From NCBI GenBank assembly GCA_027345565.1, contig DAHWIF010000011.1, forward strand, positions 32,001 to 96,000: a stretch of DNA of 64,000 bases. Direction: 5' to 3'. The notes under the pieces were generated by a model. It was not told the DNA's origin. It searched no databases and was given only the letters and a program-made list of their open reading frames with translations. Source of the DNA: Candidatus Micrarchaeota archaeon. Its GTDB lineage: Archaea; Micrarchaeota; Micrarchaeia; Micrarchaeales; Micrarchaeaceae. A program made the position numbers and the translations under genes. Of this stretch, positions 19,387 through 28,499 are shown piece by piece (position 1 is the stretch's first letter; each line of letters opens with the position of its first letter).

Positions 19387-20042
19387 CGTCTATACAAACA
19401 ACTGTTGCTCTATCCACAATAGTGATATTCGTACTCGCGTTACTGCTTACCTTATTCATAACAAGGGATTACGCGGTGAAGAGGGCACGCGCGCTCCTTT
19501 TCTGGAGTCTTGGTCTTTGGCTGTTCGTTGCCGGTGTTGGGCTGGAAATCGCTTTTGCATTAGGCGTATACAGCGGGTGGCTTGCAAATTCATACATAGT
19601 CGTAGTGACGCTCCTTGTCCAGTTCCTCGCGCTCGGCTCCATGCAGCTCATAAGCTCTGCAAAGCTGAAGAAGGCGTATTACGGATTCTGCATCATAACT
19701 ACTGCGATTCTATTCTACTCCGTCATTGCATTCCCGGCCGTGTACATACTCAGCAGCGCCGGCGTAGCAATAAAGTCGACATCTTTGGCTGCAACAATAG
19801 CGTCGTTGCTGATCACCTTCCCGGCTGCAGCCATACTGGTGGCGGTGGCAGCGTTGACATACGTAAAAACGCGGAGCCCGAAGATGCTTTCAATAATAGC
19901 TGGCGTTATAGTAGTGTCAGCCGCTGGGACTCTTTATATAGTGTCTTTCCCGGCGTTGCTCTACTATTCCGAGTTCTTCGGCATACTTCTGCTTTGGTTG
20001 GGCTTCTTCGACATGCGAATGCTCAGACTAAAAGGAAAATGA
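19383..20042 (+). CDS. 7-TM membrane protein co-transcribed with cydAB
   Basis: About 7 hydrophobic helices; overlaps the cydB stop. Confidence 0.75.
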   Translation: MTSIQTTVALSTIVIFVLALLLTLFITRDYAVKRARALLFWSLGLWLFVAGVGLEIAFALGVYSGWLANSYIVVVTLLVQFLALGSMQLISSAKLKKAYYGFCIITTAILFYSVIAFPAVYILSSAGVAIKSTSLAATIASLLITFPAAAILVAVAALTYVKTRSPKMLSIIAGVIVVSAAGTLYIVSFPALLYYSEFFGILLLWLGFFDMRMLRLKGK

Positions 20043-20703
20043 GCCATACGAGGATTGAGACTGTAAGGTTGTCGAACTTTCCGGGCGTTATCCCCTCTGC
20101 CACAGCCCCAACCGCAGATGCCAGGACGGCTATCCTCGATACTCGAACGGTGAAGCTGCCAGGAAGCAGGATTGATGTGAAGATGAAGATGCTGAATAGG
20201 CTGGCTACAAAGAAGGCTAGGCTCCCCTCAATGCTCTTCTTCCCGTTTGCATATTTGGCGCACGCATACTTGCCTGCGATTGGGGCGATTCCATCGCCGA
20301 ACGACACCGCGCAGATTGCAGCCACCCCTGCTATGCTCCTGAATGAAAAAACGGTGAAAAATATCAGCATTGCCATCAATATCAAAGGCCCGTATATGAC
20401 GTCTGTTCGCGATCTCTCCCTAGCGAACCGGAAGACTTTTGTCGCGTGAGGTGCGCGCTTTGGGAGTGCGGTGAGCATCACCGCAACAAATGCAAGAATG
20501 GGTATGGAGAATATGACTTTGGCGTATTGGCCGGTTGGCAGGAACCAGAATACGATCAGACCCCCCATCCAGAGATGGATTACCTTCCTCGCAGCGCTCT
20601 CAGATATCCTCCTCTTCGAGACCAGCACATCCATGGCCACGGCTATGGCAAATATGTATACAAGTTCGCCGATCCCTATAATGGCATTATATGGGACTGC
20701 CAT
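20023..20703 (-). CDS. CTP-dependent polyprenol kinase (dolichol/phytol kinase, SEC59/VTE5 family)
   Basis: ARKVIH, GDGIAPIAG, KKSIEGS, DNL motifs. Confidence 0.88.
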   Translation of the reverse strand: MAVPYNAIIGIGELVYIFAIAVAMDVLVSKRRISESAARKVIHLWMGGLIVFWFLPTGQYAKVIFSIPILAFVAVMLTALPKRAPHATKVFRFARERSRTDVIYGPLILMAMLIFFTVFSFRSIAGVAAICAVSFGDGIAPIAGKYACAKYANGKKSIEGSLAFFVASLFSIFIFTSILLPGSFTVRVSRIAVLASAVGAVAEGITPGKFDNLTVSILVWLIFLLV

Positions 20704-20716
20704 CAGAGCACATCAT

Positions 20717-21238
20717 TCATTTGACTCCAAGGTGCTCCAATATAGGATTAAGCGATTCCTCAAGAGCGCCAGAGCTCTTCACGGTTATCAGGTTGTCGTC
20801 TATCTCCATGTTCTTATCGGTGGGTATTCCGTGGAATAGTTGGATTGCCTTCTTCACTTCCGCATCTTCCGGCACAGCCATCTTCTTGCCTTTTATTATA
20901 TTGGCCTTTGCCAGCACCTTCTGCGAGTTTCCTACCGCGCCGATGTACTTCTTGCTGCCATTGAACTTCATAATCAGGTCCAAAAGGGGCCTGAAATCCT
21001 GGAGTTTATATGAATCTACCCCTGCTCCATCCACGAACATTATGCCATCGTAGCCCGATGGGTCGACCCTGTTTGCGTTTATATCTGGCATGCAAGTCGC
21101 ACCGTGCATGCCGTTGCATTCCTTGTTACTGTAGCTAGTCACCTGGTAGCTCACATTCCACCTGTCGAAGAACATCCTTATAGTGGATAACGACTCGTCC
21201 CTGAAATCATTTGGAGGTATGAAGATCAGGAATTTCAT
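20717..21238 (-). CDS. DJ-1/PfpI family protein
   Basis: FRDES, YDGIMFVDGAG, EIDDNLIT; the nucleophile cysteine appears absent. Confidence 0.8.
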   Translation of the reverse strand: MKFLIFIPPNDFRDESLSTIRMFFDRWNVSYQVTSYSNKECNGMHGATCMPDINANRVDPSGYDGIMFVDGAGVDSYKLQDFRPLLDLIMKFNGSKKYIGAVGNSQKVLAKANIIKGKKMAVPEDAEVKKAIQLFHGIPTDKNMEIDDNLITVKSSGALEESLNPILEHLGVK

Positions 21239-21242
21239 TTAG

Positions 21243-21992
21243 TCACGTTTCCATGTACGGGGCCAAAAAGTAAGCGATTGTTGCATCGCCTATCTTGTAA
21301 TTTATCCTTATAGGTTCTTCCGTCTTGAGTGAAAGGTCTATCGAGTTGCCTGGTGGGCACGTTCTAACCATCCTGTCAAGCATGTTAAGATTGAACGTTG
21401 CAGAGGACGCCTTGCTGACGTTTATCTTCTTCACGAAGTCCGGGTTGCTGTGTTCCTCCTCCAGTTCCGCAGCATCGCCTTTGGCGAATATCTTGAACAC
21501 CTCCTTCTCTGTCTTGAAGCCTATCAGCGATGAAAGCAGCGTTGCATCCTTGAGCACCTCCCTGAATGGGTCGCTTTTTACCTCCACTGAGGATTCGAAC
21601 TCTATCTTCGGCTCCTTGTCGGCCTCTTTCTTTATGTCTATCATCGGCAGCCTGTACCTTCGGCGGCTGTTGTCCCCTATGAACTCTATTGCGAGCTTGT
21701 TGCTAGAGTCCTTCATGCTAAGCTGCTCATTGTTCCTCGCCGTTGAGAGTATCTTGCTGAGGTTCTCGAGGTTCAATCCTATCGATACCGGCTTCTCAAC
21801 ATCGTATTTCGAGAACGCCTTGCCAGGTATGAAGAATGAGACCATGCTTATACCTGACGGGTCCATAGCCTTCAGGGATATCCCCTCCTTGGATATGTTG
21901 AATGTGCCCTCATCCACAAGGCTGACTATCGAGTCAACGCAGCTTCTCCAGTACCTAGCATCATCTATCTTTATGTCAAACATAGAAACCAC
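21243..21992 (-). CDS. pcn: PCNA sliding clamp
   Basis: LKAMDPSGISMV, GLNLENL, FLAP. Confidence 0.95.
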   Translation of the reverse strand: MVSMFDIKIDDARYWRSCVDSIVSLVDEGTFNISKEGISLKAMDPSGISMVSFFIPGKAFSKYDVEKPVSIGLNLENLSKILSTARNNEQLSMKDSSNKLAIEFIGDNSRRRYRLPMIDIKKEADKEPKIEFESSVEVKSDPFREVLKDATLLSSLIGFKTEKEVFKIFAKGDAAELEEEHSNPDFVKKINVSKASSATFNLNMLDRMVRTCPPGNSIDLSLKTEEPIRINYKIGDATIAYFLAPYMET

Positions 21993-22084
21993 ACAGTAAT
22001 AGTATATCTATTCTGTCGTAAAGGAATAAAAATATATGCAAAGCGGCTTAATACGGGAATATTAGGCCTGTTTCGACTGCAAGC

Positions 22085-23488
22085 TCAGACCTGCCTTTTG
22101 GGGTCAAGGAGCCGATCCAGCGTCTTTCTGTCCATTACACCAATGTCCAGGCATACCTCCTTTAGGCTCTTGCCTGTCAGATATGCCGTCCTTGCTATCT
22201 TCGCGGCCTTGGCATAGCCTATGTATGGCGTCAACGCCGTCACCCTAGACAGGTCCATCTTCAGGTGCCTTTCTATTTCCCGTCTGTTGATTTTTATGCC
22301 AGATACGCATCTGCTCGAGAAGGTGTTTATCGCGTTTGTTAGTATGTTTATCGAAAAAAGCGTGTTGTACGCTATCAGGGGGGTGAACACGTTCAGCTCC
22401 AGCTGCCCGGATTCGAAGGCTATGTCAGTCGCGCGAGAGAGCCCGATTACCTCAAAGCACACCATATTCAACATTTCTGCGATGCTTGGATTCACCTTGC
22501 CAGGCATTATTGATGATCCTGGCAGCACCGCGGGAAGTATTATTTCCCCTATCCCAGCGCGCGGTCCAGATGTCATGAGCCTCAGGTCGTTCGCTATCTT
22601 TGACATCACTATCGATACCTCTTTGAGAACATCGCTAAGGGCGAGTATGCACTGCTGCCCCTGCATCACCTTAAATGTATTCTTTGTTATGGAGAACTTC
22701 GCCCTTGTCATCCTATTTATCTCATTAACGGCTTCTGCCGCATAGCGCCTGCTGGCATTCAGTCCGGTCCCCACGGCCGTGCCTCCAAGAGGCAGCTCGA
22801 GGAGTAGGCTGCTTACAGTAATTAGCCCATCTATCGCGTATCCTATCTCTCCTGCGTATCCATAGAATTCCTGTCCCAAAGTCATCGGCACCGCATCCTG
22901 CAGGTGCGTCCTCCCAACCTTCACCACCTTTGAGAACTCACGCGTCTTGTTCTTTAAGGAGGTTTCAACGCCTCTGAGCGCCGGAAGCAGGTCTTCCCTT
23001 ATGGTGAGGTAACATGATATCTGAAGTGCCGAGGGGAAGGTATCATTGGTCGATTGGCTCATGTTTACATGGTCGTTCGGATGCACTATCGCATAGTCCC
23101 CTTTGTTCCCTTTAAGCAGCGTTATTGCCCTGTTAGCCAGGACCTCGTTGACATTCATGTTTATGTTAGTGCCGGCGCCCGCCTGAAAAACGTCAGTTAC
23201 AAATTGGTCTGCAAACTTGCCGCCGAGAACCTCGCTACACGCTTTGACGATTGCTGTGCCCCTTCTCTTATCAAGAGATCCTGTGCGCATGTTGGCTATG
23301 GCTGCAGCCTTCTTTATGGTCACATACGCCTCTATAAGCCTCCAGCTTATCCTTTCCCCAGATATCTTGAAGTTGTCTACGGCGCGCTTCGTCTCTGAAC
23401 CATAATAGGCATCTGCAGGCACTTTCACCTTGCCGAGAACATCAGACTCTGTCCTGTATTTCATATTCTCACTCTTTCTTGTTGCCAA
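22085..23488 (-). CDS. fumC: Class II fumarate hydratase / aspartase family
   Basis: HPNDHVNMSQSTND, GRTHLQDA, GSSIMPGKVNP; lies in the sdh operon. Confidence 0.85.
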   Translation of the reverse strand: MATRKSENMKYRTESDVLGKVKVPADAYYGSETKRAVDNFKISGERISWRLIEAYVTIKKAAAIANMRTGSLDKRRGTAIVKACSEVLGGKFADQFVTDVFQAGAGTNINMNVNEVLANRAITLLKGNKGDYAIVHPNDHVNMSQSTNDTFPSALQISCYLTIREDLLPALRGVETSLKNKTREFSKVVKVGRTHLQDAVPMTLGQEFYGYAGEIGYAIDGLITVSSLLLELPLGGTAVGTGLNASRRYAAEAVNEINRMTRAKFSITKNTFKVMQGQQCILALSDVLKEVSIVMSKIANDLRLMTSGPRAGIGEIILPAVLPGSSIMPGKVNPSIAEMLNMVCFEVIGLSRATDIAFESGQLELNVFTPLIAYNTLFSINILTNAINTFSSRCVSGIKINRREIERHLKMDLSRVTALTPYIGYAKAAKIARTAYLTGKSLKEVCLDIGVMDRKTLDRLLDPKRQV

Positions 23489-24473
23489 TTATATTACTTT
23501 TCATCGTATCTTTCTTCATAAGCTGTATGGCCGTTGCGGGGTCTACGCCTTTCGGGCACACCTTTGAGCACGCCCCGGCGTATTCGCAGCTCCATAAGCC
23601 CTCCAGCACGTCGACCTTTTCTATGCGCTTCGCCCCCGCCTGATCCCTCGAATCGGCGTAATACCGATATTCTTGGGCGAGCGCCTGAGGGCCTATGAAG
23701 TCCTGGTTCGTATTTACAACTGGGCATGCGTCCAGGCATAGCCCGCACATTATGCAGTACGAATACGGAAGGAACTTTTCTATCTGCTCCTGCGATTGTA
23801 CGTACTCCTTGCCGGCTGCGTACTGGGCATTTTTATCCTTCCTATAGAGGTACGGTTCGATTGCCTTGTGCTTATCGAAGAAGTCGTCGAAGTCGTTTAC
23901 TAGGTCCTTCAGCAGCGGATGCCCCTCCATCGGCGCAACCGTTATGGTGCCGTCTTTCGCGCTCTTGAAAGCATTGGCCTCGCATGCTAGCGACGGCTTG
24001 CCGTTTATGACCATGCCGCACGACCCGCATATCCCCATCCTGCAGCTATACCTCATCGAGAGTGTGTTGTCATTCCTCTCCTTAACGCTCTGCAGTAGCT
24101 CAAGCACGGTGGTGAACCTATTTGCGCCGACCAGGTATATGCGCGATTCGATCGTCATTGTTGCGGGGTTGAACCTGGCGATTTCCAAATTTATCTCTTT
24201 GGTCCTGCCGCCCAGTGCCACCTTCTCTGAATGCACATGCTCTTCTGCATCATTTTTTGCTATCTTCATCAGCCTCCAGGGCGATTCACGCCTGGCAAAG
24301 TAAACTTCATGCATGCCGGATATGCCGAAAACTAACAGGCCTAGCGTTATCAAATAAAAAAGCGGCGTAGTGGCAGGCTGGTAAACAAAATAGGCAATCG
24401 CAGACAGGACCATAAGCACCGGCACGCCTATCATGGCAACATACATTGGTGCGAACTTTACTGATTCCTTCAT
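23469..24473 (-). CDS. sdhB: Succinate dehydrogenase Fe-S subunit with N-terminal 2-TM extension
   Basis: SCRMGICGSCG..LAC, CIMCGLCLDACP, CEYAGACSKVCP; start at 24473 forms an ATGA overlap with the upstream gene. Confidence 0.92.
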   Translation of the reverse strand: MKESVKFAPMYVAMIGVPVLMVLSAIAYFVYQPATTPLFYLITLGLLVFGISGMHEVYFARRESPWRLMKIAKNDAEEHVHSEKVALGGRTKEINLEIARFNPATMTIESRIYLVGANRFTTVLELLQSVKERNDNTLSMRYSCRMGICGSCGMVINGKPSLACEANAFKSAKDGTITVAPMEGHPLLKDLVNDFDDFFDKHKAIEPYLYRKDKNAQYAAGKEYVQSQEQIEKFLPYSYCIMCGLCLDACPVVNTNQDFIGPQALAQEYRYYADSRDQAGAKRIEKVDVLEGLWSCEYAGACSKVCPKGVDPATAIQLMKKDTMKSNIIGNKKE

Positions 24474-24886
24474 GCGAACCACACATAGAGTATTGCGATT
24501 AACCCTGCGACCCATATCGCCAAGGACGCATATGGCAACATCTTATACATCGGGGTGAGCGGATGGCGCTTGTACTTCTCAGCTATGGTAAGATATGATT
24601 TGTTTAGGTAGCCGTGGACGAACCCTTCTGTGGCTATTACAGAGGCGCCCTTCGCCGTCTCGTACACCTGCGGCGTGAAAAGCACCCACACGACTATGAA
24701 TGCGGCCTCGAACGCCCACGATGGCAGCAGCCCTACATACTTCGCCACAAAGATTACGAACGCGATTAAAGAGAAAATTATCAGCACCCTGTAGAAAAGC
24801 ATGTGGACGTACGCCTCCTTGTCGAAGCCGAGCAGCCTGCCTATGTTTGACTGCTTGCCGCGTGGATCATACACCCGTTTCTCCAT
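24470..24886 (-). CDS. 3-TM protein, putative non-canonical SDH membrane anchor
   Basis: Lies between sdhA and sdhB; three hydrophobic helices and histidine residues. Confidence 0.6.
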   Translation of the reverse strand: MEKRVYDPRGKQSNIGRLLGFDKEAYVHMLFYRVLIIFSLIAFVIFVAKYVGLLPSWAFEAAFIVVWVLFTPQVYETAKGASVIATEGFVHGYLNKSYLTIAEKYKRHPLTPMYKMLPYASLAIWVAGLIAILYVWFA

Positions 24887-24893
24887 ATTACCA

Positions 24894-26630
24894 CTAGTAA
24901 GTCCTCGCCTTTGGCTGCCATCTGGTTATTGTGACAGGCGCGTACGATATCTCTATATTTCCTTTTACAGCCTTTGCTATTGTGTGTTTTAGCCAATGCT
25001 TGTCATCGCGCTTTTTATAGTCGGTCCTTGCGTGTGCGCCCCGGCTCTCCATTCTGTTCAACGCACACTTTGCGACCACCTCAGCAAGTTCCACCATATT
25101 CTTTATCTCCAATGCGTCCCTAAGGTTCGTATTGAAGATGTTGCCTTTGTCTGACACGCGTACTTCCTTGTACATCTCCTTTATCCTACGTATGGCCGTT
25201 AACGCCCCTGCCATGCCTCGCCTATCTCTGTATACATAGAGATGCTCGCCCATCACGTTTTGTAGCCGCTCCTTTAGCTCGTACGGGTCGTTTGTCCCGT
25301 CGTTGTCCTTGATGCTGTTCAGCCTTTCCTCTGCGTCCTCTCCCATCTTGACCACCACATCTTTCGCAATGGAAATGCGTGTGTGCCTTGCCGCAGCAAT
25401 GCCGGTTATCCTTCCCCAAACGGCACACTGACTTAACGAGTTCGAACCTAGCCGGTTTGACCCGTGCACGCTCACACATGCGCATTCGCCGGCTGCCCAA
25501 AGCCCGTTAACCGTGCCTGAAAGCACGCTGGATACCACGCTGCCGTTTATATCGGTGTGTATGCCCCCCATTGTAAAGTGTGCTGCTGGCCTCACAGGAA
25601 TCTGCTCTTCGACCGGATCCAGGCCCAACATCTTTATTGTCATCTCCCGTATCATAGGGAGTCTTTCATCGATTTTTTCAGCGCCAAGGTGCCTTAGATC
25701 CAAATGCACGTACTTCATGCCTGCCTCTGAGTCGTCCACGCCCCTGCCTTTCTTTATCTCGGTGATTATCGCTTTAGATACTATGTCCCTTGGCGCAAGC
25801 TCCATCACAGACTTCGCATACCTTTTCATGAACCTCTCGCCTTTCGCGTTTCTCAAATACCCGCCTTCGCCTCGCGCCGCCTCTGTTATCAGTATGCCGC
25901 TTGGCACAAGTGCAGTTGGATGGAATTGCACAAACTCCATGTCCTTTAGCGGCAGTCCGGCCCTGAGAGCGAGAGCCGTGCCGTCCCCGGTTGCTGAGTG
26001 TGATGTGGTGGTGAACGGATACATCCTCGAATATCCGCCCGTGGCGATTATGCATGCTCCTGCACGGAAGAGTTTTATGCCACCTGTCGCTAGGTCTATG
26101 GAAAGCAGCCCTGCAAAACCGTTTTTGTGGAGCAGAAGATCTGTGACGAAGTGCTCGTGGAATCCATCTACATTCTCGGATTTGAGTACGGTATCGTACA
26201 GCGCACGCATCAGGAAGAAGCCGGTTTTGTCAGCGGCAAATGCGGTTCTCTTGACGCTCATTCCTCCGAACGCCCTGAACAGTATCCTCTTGTCTGGCTC
26301 TCTAGACCACGGTACGCCGATGTGCTCGAAGAACCTTATCTCTTTCGGTGCATTATTGACAAGTACCTCTATGGCGTCTTGATCCCCTAGGTAATCCGAT
26401 CCCTTGGCGGTATCATAGCCGTGCAGGTCATATGAGTCATTATGCATCTCTGGGTAAAGGACTCCTGATACGCCGCCTTCGGCCGCTACAGAGTGGCTAC
26501 GCATCAGGTGCAGCTTTGATACGACTGCGATGCGCCTGCGCGGTCCGATTAGCCTGCTGGCGTGTATCGCTGCTGCAAGTCCTGCTATGCCGCTGCCGAG
26601 AACGACTATGTCATAATCAAGTATCTCCAA
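24894..26630 (-). CDS. sdhA: Succinate dehydrogenase/fumarate reductase flavoprotein
   Basis: [16 protein letters not shown] (covalent FAD histidine), [30 protein letters not shown]. Confidence 0.96.
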   Translation of the reverse strand: MEILDYDIVVLGSGIAGLAAAIHASRLIGPRRRIAVVSKLHLMRSHSVAAEGGVSGVLYPEMHNDSYDLHGYDTAKGSDYLGDQDAIEVLVNNAPKEIRFFEHIGVPWSREPDKRILFRAFGGMSVKRTAFAADKTGFFLMRALYDTVLKSENVDGFHEHFVTDLLLHKNGFAGLLSIDLATGGIKLFRAGACIIATGGYSRMYPFTTTSHSATGDGTALALRAGLPLKDMEFVQFHPTALVPSGILITEAARGEGGYLRNAKGERFMKRYAKSVMELAPRDIVSKAIITEIKKGRGVDDSEAGMKYVHLDLRHLGAEKIDERLPMIREMTIKMLGLDPVEEQIPVRPAAHFTMGGIHTDINGSVVSSVLSGTVNGLWAAGECACVSVHGSNRLGSNSLSQCAVWGRITGIAAARHTRISIAKDVVVKMGEDAEERLNSIKDNDGTNDPYELKERLQNVMGEHLYVYRDRRGMAGALTAIRRIKEMYKEVRVSDKGNIFNTNLRDALEIKNMVELAEVVAKCALNRMESRGAHARTDYKKRDDKHWLKHTIAKAVKGNIEISYAPVTITRWQPKARTY

Positions 26631-27950
26631 TCACTCATACCTTTTGTCCAGCTTTTCTGTCCATTTCTCCTTCTTCTTATAAAGCGAGAGCATCCTTTTT
26701 GTCTCATCCCTCACAATGTTCTTATCCACATGTGCGCTTGCGACTCCTGAGCTGACAGCGGCCTCCGCGACCCTTGTCGCTATCCTTACATTAAGAGCTG
26801 TATACTCGTTCAGGTCTCCGAACCTCGGTATTATGTATTCTGCGGATCTTTGCCTCCTTTTTATGAAAGTGGCAATCGCATCGCTTGCTGCAAGTGCCAT
26901 CTCATCGGTCACTTTTGATGCGTGCGCTGAGAGCATTCCCCTGAAGAAACCCGGAAACGCAAGGTAGTTGTTGACTTGGTTGGGCTGCATGCTGCTTCCT
27001 GTTGCGACTACGGTTGCACCTGCATCCTTTGCCTCATGGTAATCTATCTCTGGATCTGGGTTTGCGAGCGCGAAAACTATAGGGTCTCTTGCCATGGATG
27101 ATATCATCTCCTTTGTGAAAACCCTTTTCTTTGATACACCTATAAGCACATCAGCTCCGTTTACGATGTCAACCAACGCACCGCTTTCCTTTCTGCTATT
27201 GGTGGCCTCGGCAATCCATTCCTTGAAAGCGTTCATGTTTTCCTTCCTGCCCTTGTATATTGCTCCTGCTGTGTCGCACACCGTCACATTACTCGCTTTC
27301 GATGCGCACAAAATCTCGGTTATCCCGAGCCCTGCGGCTCCAGCACCGTTTATCACTATCTTCGCAGACCCAAGGCTTTTGCCGACAACGGCAAGAGCAT
27401 TCATGAGAGCGCTCCGTACCACTATTGCCGTGCCGCAACGGTCATCGTGGAATAGCGGCAGCCCAAGGCGTTCCTCCAGCCTCCGCGTTATGCTGAACGC
27501 TTTTGGTGTTTCTATGTCTTCTATGTTCACGGCAGCTATCGATGGCTTTATCATCTCCACGAACCGAACTATGTCGTCCTCGCTTTTAGACCCGACGCAT
27601 ATAGGTATGGCGTCTACGCCGCCGAACTTCTTGAAGAGCAGCGCTTTGCCCTCAAGGATAGGCATCTCCGATTCCGGACCTAGGTCGCCGAGGCCGAGCA
27701 CGCGGGTGCCGTCGCTTATTATTGCAACCGTATTCGCACGGTTTGTATATTCGTAGGATAGCGCTGCGTTTTCCCTTATTGCGGCAGCGACATATGCGAC
27801 CCCAGGTGTGTAATAAAGGGATAAATCGTTCTCATCTCTTATTGCGACCTTGCCTGCGATCTCCACCTTGCCGCTCCTTTTCCTGTGCGCTGCCAACGCC
27901 TGCTCCTTCAGCTCTCTTTCGCCAGTTTCCCCCATAAGCCTATTATCCAC
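26631..27950 (-). CDS. NAD(P)-dependent malic enzyme
   Basis: YTPGVA, DGTRVLGLGD, EGKALLFK, NIED, HDD, GAGAAG, ALANP. Confidence 0.92.
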   Translation of the reverse strand: MDNRLMGETGERELKEQALAAHRKRSGKVEIAGKVAIRDENDLSLYYTPGVAYVAAAIRENAALSYEYTNRANTVAIISDGTRVLGLGDLGPESEMPILEGKALLFKKFGGVDAIPICVGSKSEDDIVRFVEMIKPSIAAVNIEDIETPKAFSITRRLEERLGLPLFHDDRCGTAIVVRSALMNALAVVGKSLGSAKIVINGAGAAGLGITEILCASKASNVTVCDTAGAIYKGRKENMNAFKEWIAEATNSRKESGALVDIVNGADVLIGVSKKRVFTKEMISSMARDPIVFALANPDPEIDYHEAKDAGATVVATGSSMQPNQVNNYLAFPGFFRGMLSAHASKVTDEMALAASDAIATFIKRRQRSAEYIIPRFGDLNEYTALNVRIATRVAEAAVSSGVASAHVDKNIVRDETKRMLSLYKKKEKWTEKLDKRYE

Positions 27951-27991
27951 ATAAAGGTTTTTATGAACCGTGCTGTAATTTTAATGATTGG

Positions 27992-28153
27992 TTGCGGGCC
28001 AGATGCGGGCTATGCGGCGGCATATTCGACTGCCAGGGTGCAGACTGGGGAGTATGCTGGTGCGCATTCGTGAAACCTGGAAGGGGAAGGATGGGCAAGA
28101 TTAAGAGGCTATCAGATTCATGCGTTTGCAAAGAATGTCTCCGGCGAAGGTAA
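27992..28153 (+). CDS. Cysteine-rich CWC family small protein (not in the ORF track)
   Basis: Translated by hand from TTG: MRARCGLCGGIFDCQGADWGVCWCAF...SCVCKECLRRR. Confidence 0.75.
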   Translation: MRARCGLCGGIFDCQGADWGVCWCAFVKPGRGRMGKIKRLSDSCVCKECLRRR

Positions 28154-28193
28154 GTCTTTTATATATCAAAAACAGAGCCATTTGTGTGATGAG

Positions 28194-28370
28194 ATGGCAA
28201 AAAGATTCGCATGCAAGGACATAGGACTGTCATGCGGCTTCGAGGCAAGAGCCGAAACTGAAGAGGAATTGATGGGGAAGATAGCCGCGCATGCAAGAAC
28301 GGCACATAACATGCAGAGCATAGACGCAGCAACCCTAGCAAAGGTCAAGGTTGCGATAAAGGACGCCTGA
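28194..28370 (+). CDS. Small metal-binding protein (DUF1059-like)
   Basis: FACKDIGLSCGFEARAETEEELM..HARTAH pattern. Confidence 0.85.
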   Translation: MAKRFACKDIGLSCGFEARAETEEELMGKIAAHARTAHNMQSIDAATLAKVKVAIKDA

Positions 28371-28383
28371 TTCTGCATTCGGA

Positions 28384-28456
28384 TGGGGCTGCCGAGATTT
28401 GAACTCGGATATCCAGCGCCCGAGGCTGGAAGTCTGCCAGGTTAGCGTACAGCCCC
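28384..28456 (-). tRNA. tRNA-Pro(CGG)
   Basis: Acceptor GGGGCTG/CAGCCCC, anticodon arm CCAGC-CTCGGGC-GCTGG, T arm CCGAG-TTCAAAT-CTCGG. Confidence 0.92.
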
Positions 28457-28499
28457 GCAATAGGAGTTGTTGCCCTACTTATAATAATGTTGGCGACTC

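Noticed and set aside
19517-20449. 310-aa alternative ORF, and the many other antisense or shadow ORFs in the track
   Set aside because: They overlap well-supported genes and show no motifs
27990-28150. GC-rich gap initially suspected to be SRP or RNase P RNA
   Set aside because: No SRP helix-8 or RNase P P4 signature; the region is explained by the CWC protein ORF
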